Below are positions 1-11,100 of a stretch of DNA of 64,000 nt, one piece after another. Made by a program: the position numbers and the translations under genes. The notes beneath the pieces are model-generated. The model was not told where the DNA came from, searched no databases, and was given only the letters and a program-made list of their open reading frames with translations. Source of the stretch: Eledone cirrhosa (taxonomy: Eukaryota); NCBI GenBank assembly GCA_964016885.1, contig OZ024744.1:107198001-107262000 (forward strand), written 5' to 3'. The stretch's first letter is position 1; every line of letters starts with the position of its first letter.

Positions 1-789
1 TTCTGTAAATAGCAGAGTACTATATAGTTCTGTAAATAGTAAAGTACTATATAGTTATGTAAATAGTAAGGTACTATATAGTTATGTAAATAGTAAGGTA
101 CTATATAGTTCTGTAAATAGTAAGGTACTATATAGTTCTGTAAATAGTAAGATACTATATAGTTATGTAAATAGTAAGATACTATATAGTTCTGTAAATA
201 GTAAGATACTATATAGTTCTGTAAATAGTAAGATACTATATAGTTCTGTAAATAGTAAGATACTATATAGTTCTGTAAATAGTAAAGTACTATATAGTTC
301 TGTAAATAGTAAGATACTATATAGTTCTGTAAATAGTAAGGTACTATATAGTTCTGTAAATAGTAAGATACTATATAGTTCTGTAAATAGTAAAGTACTA
401 TATAGTTCTGTAAATAGTAAAGTACTATATAGTTCTGTAAATAGTAAAGTACTATATAGTTCTGTAAATAGTAAGATACTATATAGTTCTGTAAATAGTA
501 AGATACTATATAGTTCTGTAAATAGCAGAGTACTATATAATTCTGTAAATAGCAGAGTACTATATAGTTCTGTAAATAGTAAGGTACTATATTGTTCTGT
601 AAATAGTAAGGTACTATATAGTTCTGTAAATAGTAAGATACTATATAGTTCTGTAAATAGCAGAGTACTATATAGTTCTGTAAATAATAAGGTACTATAT
701 AGTTATGTAAATAGTAAAGTACTATATTGTTCTGTAAATAGTAAGGTACTATATAGTTCTGTAAATAGTAAAGTACTATATAGTTCTGT
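1..789. repeat. 27-bp minisatellite (TTCTGTAAATAGTAA(A/G)GTACTATATAG), ~29 copies, truncated by window start
   Basis: Direct tandem periodicity of 27 bp read from the sequence. Confidence 0.95.
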
Positions 790-854
790 GCCAGTATACC
801 ACCAGCTTAATACCAAGATCAAATCAATATGTAAACAAATGAAGTTATACTTAC

Positions 855-896
855 CAAATGAACAGGCACAACAATTTGTTCGAGATCCCAGAGTGC
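855..896 (-). CDS. PPP4R4: PPP4R4 coding exon (ALWDLEQIVVPVHL), 42 bp; last exon seen in window
   Basis: ctag acceptor / gtaagt donor; phase 0-0; aligns by recall to vertebrate TVLELDRMEMSMDA. Confidence 0.75.
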
Positions 897-1047
897 CTAG
901 ATTTAAATTTAAAAAAATATTTTATTTCATTAAACATAAACTTAACAGAAGTTTAAGATAAAATAATATTTTCAGAAAGGTTCAAGTAATATTGTTGAAA
1001 TAAGAATTAACAATGAAGAGAAAAAAAAAAGGGTTGGGGTAGAAGTG

Positions 1048-1268
1048 AGATATCAACTAAGATGAGGACACTGGTCTGAAAATATCTGTGTTTAATAACA
1101 ATACCTCTGAAGATGGCCAGAGGGTAGAACATCTGAAATGTTGTGACTATAACAACTAAGAGAAGGACACTGGTCTGGATATACCAGTGTAAAATTACAA
1201 TACCTCTGAAGATGGCCAGAAGGTAGACCATCTGAGATATTGTGACTATAACAACCAAGAGAAGGATG
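1048..1268 (+). repeat. ~2 copies of the 99-bp unit (also at 39.5 kb and 41.6-42.4 kb) with CTGAAGA...GAAA hammerhead-like core
   Basis: Sequence near-identical to the 41.6-42.4 kb array unit; first copy keeps GAAA. Confidence 0.85.
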
Positions 1269-1561
1269 TATTAATTTATAATATAAGTTGCGTGTGTGCT
1301 TGTTTGTGCATCCATACCTATGCGTTTTTCTCCTGCAACTTAGAGGTTCAACAAGAAGAAATTGATGAAATAAGTACCAGACTTGAAAAGAAAAAATGTT
1401 CTGGGGTTGATATGATCTACTGAATCCCTTCAAAGCATGGCTACTCTGAAGCCAGTAAAATAAACAAACGTAATAATAGATCCATAATAAGAAAAGAAAG
1501 ATATGTGTGATACTGCTTTGTTACCTCTTTAACAAAGGTGAGAACAATTTGGTCTTCTTAC

Positions 1562-1851
1562 CTGTTTAGCAAAGGTGAGAACATCTGGGTCTTTATCAGA
1601 TCTGAGTATTTTACCGGCAACCTTACAGAGATCAGATAATCGGGCATCATCTTCAGGTAGGCTTAGTGTTTGTTTCATGTACGGAATGAATCTAAATAGT
1701 TTTAATCGGATATTTGGAACTGGATCACAATAGAGGCTGAGAGCATTATCAAAAAACTTCTCCTTGAAAAATGACTTTGAATAGATATCTAAACTGATGC
1801 TGCAAACATCGAGGTACAAACTGCGGAAGTAGCAGTTACCCGCCGATAACT
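1562..1851 (-). CDS. PPP4R4: PPP4R4 coding exon (ELSAGNCYFRSLYLDVCSISLDIYSKSFFKEKFF...DPVPNIRLKL...DKDPDVLTFAKQ), 290 bp
   Basis: ccag/gtaaga splice sites; peptide matches PPP4R4 motifs SKSFF, DPVxNVRxKL, KDxDV. Confidence 0.93.
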
Positions 1852-1957
1852 CTGGAAACAAACAAACAAACAAAAAGCAATAAGAGAGACGTAAAAAGAA
1901 TATTTCTTATGAAACAAAAAAGGAAAATAAAAATTACAAATTTAAATTGAACACACA

Positions 1958-2180
1958 CATCATCATCATCAACGTTTAACGTCCGTGTTCCACGCTTGCA
2001 TGGGTTTGGACGGGGGTTTTCCCACTTGAGGCAAGAGTGATTGTCTTGCTCGCATAGGACTGTCTGGCGGGTTTTCTACAGCTGGATGCCCTTCCTAACA
2101 CCAACCACATTTACAGTGTGGGTCTGGGAGGTTTTTACCGTGTTGCCTACATGGCCACATTACAGCGTGGACTGTGTTCG
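1958..2180 (-). mobile_element. RTE-LINE 3' tail / SINE tail fragment with (GAT)n end
   Basis: Reverse complement of the 58340-58540 LINE tail. Confidence 0.8.
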
Positions 2181-2716
2181 TATAAACATACACACAGAAA
2201 CACATGTACACCCTCACAAGTACACACATGCATAAACATAAACATGTGCACATACATGTATATACACACACACGTATAAAGATACACATGTACATACACA
2301 CATGTTCACAAACACACATGTACACACACATGTATAAAGATACACATGTACACACACAAAGATACACATGTATAAAGATACACATGTACACACACACATA
2401 TACAGATACACACATAAAGTTACACATGTACACACACACATAAAAATACACATGTACACACACACATAAAGATACACATGTACACACACAAAGTTACACA
2501 TGTACACACATGTTCAAAAATACGCATGTAGACACACATGTATAAACACACACATACATGTATAAACACACACATACATGTAGACACACCCACATACATA
2601 TACACACACACATACATATACAAACACACACATACATGTAGACACACACATGTATAAACACACACACACACATACATGTAGACACACATACATGTACAAA
2701 CACACACATACATGTA

Positions 2717-2752
<36 letters not shown>

Positions 2753-2940
2753 CAAACACACATGTATAAACACAGACATACATGTAGACACACACGTACA
2801 TGTAGACACACACATACATGTAGATACACATATATGTACACACACACATACATGTAGACACACACACACGCATGTAGACACACACACACGCATGTAGACA
2901 CACACACATACATGTAGACACACACACATACATGTAGAAA
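2180..2940. repeat. CA-rich compound microsatellite (ACACATGTA motifs)
   Basis: Low-complexity CA/CATG repeats; source of spurious Cys/Val ORFs. Confidence 0.95.
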
Positions 2941-3128
2941 CATCAAAGAAAGAGCCAGAGAAGTGACAAACTCTGAGTTCAAATCCCACCAACTTCAAAT
3001 TCCTTTCATTTTTCTCAAGTCAATAAAATAAATTAGCGGCCCAGAGGGATAATGGAATTGTCAGCACATTAGATAAGGTGCCTTGTGGTATTTGTTCTGG
3101 CACTTTGTGTTCTGCTGTAGCCTACTTT

Positions 3129-3466
3129 GGTGGTAGACATAATATGTCACCCTGTTAAACACCACCTGGTCGTTGGGTGGTAGACATAATATGTCACCCT
3201 GTTAAACACCATCTGGTCCTTGGGTGGTAGACATATGTCACCCTGTTAAACACCATCTGGTCGTTGGGTGGTAGACATAATATGTCACCCTGTTAAACAC
3301 CCACCACCTGGTCGTTGGGTGGTAGACATAATATGTCACCCAGTTAAACACCACCTGGTCCTTGGGTGGTAGACTTAATATGTCACCCTGTTTAACACCA
3401 CCACCTGGTCCTTGGGTGGTAGACTTAATATGTCACCCTGTTAAACAGCACCTGGTCCTTGGGTGG
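3129..3466. repeat. ~47-bp minisatellite (GGTGGTAGACATAATATGTCACCCTGTTAAACACCACCTGGTCGTTG), ~7 copies
   Basis: Tandem periodicity seen directly. Confidence 0.9.
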
Positions 3467-3794
3467 CTTTAGCAGAATCCACTCTATTGCAGGCATTTGG
3501 ATCAGATGTCTGGTTTGAAGATAACTTTCTTCCCAGCTCTCTCCCTTTCCTCAGACATGGACCCTGCCCTTCTTCCAGGACATCACTATGTAGAACATGA
3601 CAAAATCAGTAAAGAATATATCAATATATCTAAAAGCATTATGCCTTCAGTTGAAAGTCTGCCTGTATCTAATATACCTTTGAACATTCAGAGATGATGA
3701 ATAAAAAGGAGTTAAAAATGCCAGTAATGCGTGAATTTCAGTTGGATATACTAAACCACAGTCTATTATATAAATGACCTTGAAATTACAAACC

Positions 3795-3988
3795 TCCACT
3801 GCCACCACTACCACCACCACCACCACAACAACAATCTCCAGTATTGCCACCACCACCACCACAACAATCTCCACTATTGCCACCACCATCACCCCCACAA
3901 CAACCACCACCTCCACCAACACCACTACTACCACCACCAACACCACTACCACCACTACTACCACCAACACCACTAATAATACAACAAA
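3795..3988. repeat. (ACC/ACA)n trinucleotide microsatellite
   Basis: Poly-Thr/poly-Val reading frames. Confidence 0.9.
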
Positions 3989-4020
3989 AACAAATGTAAT
4001 ATATAAAAGCAATACATTAC

Positions 4021-4126
4021 CTTCTGTTAATTTGTTAATAAGTTGTTCTCTATATTCAGCCTTTTTTAAAGTACGTAGTAGTGTTAAAAATGTGCGTGCG
4101 ACTGCTAATTTCACAGGCAATGCCCT
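4021..4126 (-). CDS. PPP4R4: PPP4R4 coding exon (RALPVKLAVARTFLTLLRTLKKAEYREQLINKLTE), 106 bp
   Basis: atag/gtaatg splice sites; matches NVLPVQKAASRTL...LIE; phase 0-1. Confidence 0.92.
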
Positions 4127-4299
4127 CTATATAACAGAAAACAATTATTTCAATCAGGAGAGTAAAAGATTTTCTCAGACAAGGTGCTGTTGTTTAGGGC
4201 TGAGTTCTCAGTAGGCTTCCCTGTCAAAGATAACCTTGCTAGAAGAGAGGTTGGATACCTTCTTGCTGATAATGATGAGGTGGGTGACGAGATTCCGTG

Positions 4300-5090
4300 T
4301 GAATGTAGCTAAGTTTTTCACTGGGTTTGTGAAAGAATGTCGTAGTGTGTCTAGATAAAGGGTATGAAGTGCATGTCAGCCTTGTTGGTAGTGATATCGA
4401 GACTAATGGGTGTAGCACCAGTTGGCTGGAATTTGCAGATGACATGGTGTTACCCAACTCAGAAGATCTCTGATTTGCACTTGTTAGGTTTATTGCCATG
4501 TGCTGCATCGCTGGAATGAACATCAGTGCTGCAAATACTGAGACACTTGTCCTCTCAATAAAGCCTGTGCAGTGCACACTACATGTGAGTAGAGTTCCAC
4601 TGAAGCAGGTAGAGAAGTCCAAGTATCTCAGGGCTGTGTTCACGAGTGGTGGAAGGCAGGAGGCTGAATTAGGTGCAAGAATTGCAGGAACTGGTGCAGT
4701 AATGTGTCAGCTTAAGCATTCAGTACAGAAGAAGAGAGGTAAGCTCAAAAGCCAAACTTGTCTTCAATTTGGTATTTGTGCCAACCTTTACCTATAGTCA
4801 CGAAGCTTGGGTAATGACAGAAAGAATACAATCGTCAATGCACTATGGGCATGTGGTTAGAATGTCTCAGGAAAGAATTACTAGACAGATTTTATGGGCA
4901 AAAACCAACCAGCAGGAGACCCCCAAGTATGATGGTTGGATAATATCCATAAGTTCAGCTGGTCTTGCTTGGGTATCCAGCCAGATCAATTTGGGATGGT
5001 TGCTTCTGACAGGACCCACTGGAAGGAGTGTTTGAGGATTATGTCCCTATGACCTTTTCAGGAATAAGTGGGTGAAGAAGAAAGAAGATA
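4300..5090 (+). mobile_element. Degenerate RTE-type LINE 3' fragment
   Basis: Remnants FADD, KYLxxxFTSxG, FVPTxTYxHExWVMT, YGHVVRM. Confidence 0.75.
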
Positions 5091-5145
5091 AATATCTTTG
5101 AGAGTGTCGTAATTTGCTTGCAGTGTTGTGGAATATAAATATTCG

Positions 5146-5653
5146 GGAGCTGTTACAATAGAGATGGGGCTGTCAATATTAGGGAGCTGCTACAATAGAG
5201 ATGGGGCTGTCAATATTAGGGAGCTGTTACAATAGAGATGGGGCTGTCAATATTAGGGAGCTGCTACAATAGAGAATGGGCTGTCAATATTAGGGAGCTG
5301 CTACAATAGAGAATGGGCTGTCAATATTAGGGAGCTGCTACAATAGAGAATGGGCTGTCAATATTAGGGAGCTGCTACAATAGAGATGGGGCTGTCAATA
5401 TTAGGGAGCTGCTACAATAGAGATGGGGCTGTCAATATTAGGGAGCTGCTGCAATAGAGATGGGGCTGTCAATATTAGGGAGCTGCTACAATAGAGATGG
5501 GGCTGTCAATATTAGGGAGCTGCTACAATAGAGATGTAAATATTAGGGAGCTGCTACAATAGAGATAGGGCTGGCAATATTAGGGAGCTGCTACAATAGA
5601 GATGTAAATATTAGGGAGCTGCTACAATAGAGATAGGGCTGGCAATATTAGGG
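5146..5653. repeat. 37-bp minisatellite (GGGAGCTGCTACAATAGAGATGGGGCTGTCAATATTA), ~14 copies
   Basis: Tandem periodicity. Confidence 0.93.
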
Positions 5654-5989
5654 TGACGAAACAGAGATGAAGTTGAGGCAAGAAGTGGAGGAGGATATCG
5701 GAAAGAACCATGTTACTTTGGAAATATGAATGTGGAGAATGAGTAGAAGTAATTTGATTCATCAGAAGTACCTCTGTCTACTTTTTACCCACTTGAAGGT
5801 TACTTTACCCGAGTTCTCCAACATTTAAAATGTTCAACTATGATTATGGACATTTGTATTGGGATGCAGACATTTCATATTTTCCATTCTTAAGTAAACA
5901 ATTATTGAAATTTATTACTTTCTTTTAAATATTTATTTAATAAACAGGAAGTACATTATTTAAATAGACTGTAGATGTGGGTTTTTTAC

Positions 5990-6450
5990 TCAGAGTAAAG
6001 GGTAGTTTGCATGAGATCTGCATGAAAAGTGCAATGTTGCATGCTTGTGAAATATGAGCAGAAAAGAGAGAGGATATGCAGAGACTGAAGAAAAATGAAG
6101 CGAGCATAATGAGCATATTTTGTTGGTTGTGTAATGTTAATGTGCATGAATAGAGAAGAATGGATAAACTGAAAGAAAAACTGAGTATAAGAAAATTAGA
6201 TGTGATGCACAAGAAAGAAGACTGCACTGGTATGGCCATGAGATGAGTATGGATGATGAAGACTAGGTGAAGAAATAACAGGAGTTCCAAGTGGAAGGAA
6301 GACCTAGTGACAACTGGTCTTAAAACACTGAACCTCACCGAGGAGACAGCAATTAACTATAACAAGTAGGGAGATACTGTGCTAGAAAAAACATGGTTAA
6401 CCCATGTGAATATGGAAAAAAAAACAGACATAAAAATTATGATAAAAGAA
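5990..6450 (+). mobile_element. Degenerate RTE LINE 3' fragment
   Basis: Remnants MLHACE, RRLHWYGH similar to 57.7-58.1 kb LINE. Confidence 0.7.
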
Positions 6451-7514
6451 TGATTATTGAGAAAGAAAAGGACACTTTTCCATATTGGCATAGGTTGGAC
6501 AATACATTTTAAGGCAGAATTCTACAACTAGAAGTCCATCCTGATGCCAAACAGTGTTCTATTATGTAGGGTACAGATCTTTGCATGTTTAACTATTGAG
6601 AAGTGGGTCTTATGATTATGCAGAATTAAACAAATATGACAGTCACACATTTAGTTATCACATTATAATCATCATTATTTAAAGTTTGTTTTCCCTGCTA
6701 GAAAGGGTTAGACAGGTCTTCACAGACAGAGTCAGTTCTCAAACTAGGTTACTGACCTCTGAGATAGATTGGGCGGGGTCTGCATTTCCATTACATATGA
6801 TCCTGCATTCTACTAAGTGTATTTTAGTACTTAAAGAGCTTGTTGTGTCTGACACAACTGAAAGGTCTTTTGAACCATTTGTTTGGCAAGCTTTTTACAG
6901 TTGGATGTCCTTCCTATCACCAACCACTTTACAGTATGTACTGGGTGTATTTATCATGTAGACCACAAACACTAGAGGTTGTCATGCTGTTGACACAACT
7001 GAAATGTTCTCTTGACTCTTTTTGGCATGGTTTCTACAATGGGGTGCCCTTCTTATTACAAACCACCTCACAGGGTGTATAGGATGCATTTTTGTGATTG
7101 TTGCAACTGAAGAACTTTCTCTGTTCTGTGGGGGTTGGTGAGAGGAGAGAGAGAAAAGTATGATGCAGGGCAAGTGTGGTGGGATTTCAGTAGGAGAGAA
7201 GGGGAGACCTTAGATAGCTTAGTGGGAGGAGGGATGTAGAATGGTGAGAATAGCTAAGGAGTGAGAATGGAGGGGATAATAATTCTTTGAGGCTGACCAG
7301 TTTGGTCAGTTACAAACTTCCTCACAATTGTTTCACCAAATTTTACAGACAAAGCATTGAGAGATCTGCTCAAGACCATATTGTTGAGAAGTGAACTCCT
7401 CAACACATCCTTGCCTCTACCTAGCCATAGAACCAACAGTAATATTAATTAAAATAACATTTCAGAAGTAAAAATTTGTAAAAAATAAACAGTAAATTTC
7501 TTCTCAATACTTAC

Positions 7515-7688
7515 AGCTTTTTTCAGTTTATTGTAGACCACTGGCATAATTTTTAGATAAATAGTTTCTGAATTAAACCACTTTGGAAGACTAGACAAAC
7601 TAAGTATAAACTCTTTTTGTAGTCGCCAAGAATTTGAGGAGAATATCACAGATTCTGCTGCCATTAAGGCTGGAATGATTTCGGCTAC
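7515..7688 (-). CDS. PPP4R4: PPP4R4 coding exon (VAEIIPALMAAESVIFSSNSWRLQKEF...KLKKA), 174 bp
   Basis: ctag/gtaagt; matches LIPALTAAE...WR; phase 0-0. Confidence 0.93.
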
Positions 7689-8020
7689 CTAGAAAGTAGG
7701 TAAAACAGTATCAACATGTATTTTAATTCATATAAATATAAAGATTTCTTAATTCATATAAATATAAAGATTTTTTAATTTATATCAATCTTTATCAATT
7801 TATATCAAATCTTTATATTGATATAATTTAAGAAATCTTTATAGATTTCTTAAATTATATCAATATAAAGATTTCTTAATTTATATCAATATAATACATA
7901 TAAATACAAAGATTTTAAAATCAATTTCAATTAATACATTTGAATATTCTGAGACGGAGAATATTAATGTGATTATTGTTTATAAATATATTTAAAAAGT
8001 GAAAATGAAAATATAATTAC

Positions 8021-8095
8021 TTGATCTTCTGAATCTCTCTGTTGACCTAAAACTTCAAAAATCTCTGCAAGATGGGAAGTAACCCCACTAAGGAC
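8021..8095 (-). CDS. PPP4R4: PPP4R4 coding exon (VLSGVTSHLAEIFEVLGQQRDSEDQ), 75 bp
   Basis: ccag/gtaatt; matches VLDALIDHLPEILE; phase 0-0. Confidence 0.88.
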
Positions 8096-8148
8096 CTGGA
8101 ATAAGAAATAAATTACTTTGTCAAGGAAATTATTCCAAGAAAAGAACT

Positions 8149-11100
8149 GAAGGGTTGATAGTATGATGTCTGTGTATGTTACATGGTAGAGAGACATGGG
8201 TAGTTAATGTAGAGGATGTGTGAAGGGTAGATTGTATGATGTCTGTGTATGTGACATGGTAGAGAGACATGGGTAGTTAATGTAGAGGATGTGTGAAGGG
8301 TAGATTGTATGATGTGTCTGTATGTTACATGGTAGTGAGACATGGGTAGTTAATGTAGAGGATGTGTGAAAGGTAGATTGTATGATGTCTGTGTTACATG
8401 GTAGTGAGACATGGGTAGTTAATGTAGAGGATGTGTGAAAGGTAGATTGTATGATGTGTCTGTGTTACATGGTAGTGAGACATGGGTAGTTAATGTAGAG
8501 GATGTGTGAAGGGTAGATTGTAAGATGTCTGTGTATGTTACATGGTAGTGAGACATGGGTAGTTAATGTAGAGGATGTGTGAAGGGTAGATTGTATGATG
8601 TGTCTGTGTTACATGGTAGTGAGACATGGGTAGTTAATGTAGAGGATGTGTGAAGGGTAGATTGTAAGATGTCTGTGTATGTTACATGGTAGTGAGACAT
8701 GGGTAGTTAATGTAGAGGTTGTGTGAAGCGTAGATTGTATGATGTCTGTGTATGTTACATGGTAGTGTGACATGGGTAGTTAATGTAGAGGTTGTGTGAA
8801 GCGTAGATTGTATGATATCTGTGTATGTTACATGGTAGTGTGACATGGGTAGTTAATGTAGAGGTTGTGTGAAGCGTAGATTGTATGATGTCTGTATGTT
8901 ACATGGTAGTGAGACATGGGTAGTTAATGTAGAGGATGAGTGAAAGGTAGATTGTATGATGTCTGTTACATGGTAGTGAGACATGGGTAGTTAATGTAGA
9001 GGATGTGTGAAAGGTAGATTGTATGATGTGTCTGTGTTACATGGTAGTGAGACATGGGTAGTTAATGTAGAGGATGTGTGAAGGGTAGATTGTATGATGT
9101 CTGTGTATGTTACATGGTAGTGAGACATGGGTAGTTAATGTAGAGGATGTGTGAGGGGTAGATTGTATGATGTCTGTCTATGTTACATGGTAGTGAGACA
9201 TGGGTAGTTAATGTAGAGGATGTGTGAAGCGTAGATTGTATGATGTCTGTGTTACATGGTAGTGTGACATGGATATTGAATGTAGAGGTTGTGTGAAGCG
9301 TAGATTGTATGATGTCTGTGTATGTTACATGGTAGAGAGACATGGGTAGTTAATGTAGAGGATGTGTGAAAGGTAGATTGTATGATGTCTGTGTTACATG
9401 GTAGTGAGACATGGGTAGTTAATGTAGAGGATGTGTGAAAGGTAGATTGTATGATGTCTGTCTATGTTACATGGTAGTGAGACATGGGTAGTTAATGTAG
9501 AGGATGTGTGAAGCGTAGATTGTATGATGTCTGTGTTACATGGTAGTGTGACATGGGTAGTTAATGTAGAGGATGTGTGAAGGGTAGATTGTATGATGTC
9601 TGTGTATGTTACATGGTAGTGTGACATGGGTAGTTAATGTAGAGGATGTGTGAAGGGTAGATTGTATGATGTCTGTCTATGTTACATGGTAGTGAGACAT
9701 GGGTAGTTAATGTAGAGGATGTGTGAAGCGTAGATTGTATGATGTCTGTGTATGTTACATGGTAGTGTGACATGGGTAGTTAATGTAGAGGTTGTGTGAA
9801 GGGTAGATTGTATGATGTCTGTCTATGTTACATGGTAGAGAGACATGGGTAGTTAATGTAGAGGATGTGTGAAGGGTAGATTGTATGATGTCTGTGTATG
9901 TTACATGGTAGTGTGACATGGGTAGTTAATGTAGAGGTTGTGTGAAGGGTAGATTGTATGATGTCTGTGTATGTTACATGGTAGTGTGACATGGGTAGTT
10001 AATGTAGAGGTTGTGTGAAGGGTAGATTGTATGATGTCTGTGTATGTTACATGGTAGTGAGACATGGGTAGTTAATGTAGAGGATGTGTGAAGGGTAGAT
10101 TGTATGATGTCTGTGTATGTTACATGGTAGTGTGACATGGGTAGATAATGTAGAGGATGTGTGAAGCGTAGATTGTATGATGTCTGTGTATATTACATGG
10201 TAGTGAGACATGGGTAGTTAATGTAGAGTATGTGTGAAGGGTAGATTGTATGATGTCTGTGTTACATGGTAGTGTGACATGGGTAGTTAATGTAGAGGAT
10301 GTGTGAAGGGTAGATTGTATGATGTCTGTGTTACATGGTAGTGAGACATGGGTAGTTAATGTAGAGGATGTGTGAAGGCTAGATTGTATGAAGTCTATGT
10401 ATGTTACATGGTAGTAAGACATGGGTAGTTAATGTAGAGGATGTGTGAAGAGTAGATTGTATGATGTCTGTGTATGTTACATGGTAGTGAGACATGGGTA
10501 GTTAATGTAGAGGATGTGTGAAGGGTAGATTGTATAATGTCTGTTACATGGTAGTGAGACATGGGTAGTTAATGTAGAGGATATGTGAAGGGTAGTTTCT
10601 ATGATGTCTGTGTATGTTACATGGTAGTGAGACATGGGTAGTTAATGTAGAGGATGTGTGAAGGGTAGATTGTATGATGTATGTTACATGGTAGAGAGAC
10701 ATGGGTAGTTAATGTAGAGGATGTGTGAAGGGTAGATTGTATGATGTCTGTGTATGTTACATGGTAGTGAGACATGGGTAGTTAATGTAGAGGATGTGTG
10801 AAGGGTAGATTGTATGATGTATGTTACATGGTAGAGAGACATGGGTAGTTAATGTAGAGGATGTGTGAAGGGTAGATTGTATGATGTCTGTGTATGTTAC
10901 ATGGTAGTGAGACATGGGTAGTTAATGTAGAGGATGTGTGAAGGGTAGATTGTATGATGTATGTTACATGGTAGTGAGACATGGGTAGTTAATGTAGAGG
11001 TTGTGTGAAGGGTAGATTGTATGATGTCTGTGTGTGTTACATGGTAGTGTGACATGGGTAGTTAATATAGAGGATGTGTGAAGGGTAGATTGTATGATGT

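Noticed and set aside
2095-2998. Cys/Val-rich overlapping ORFs
   Set aside because: CA-microsatellite artefacts.
3774-4214. Mucin-like poly-Thr ORF on the plus strand
   Set aside because: Trinucleotide repeat plus antisense overlap with a real PPP4R4 exon.
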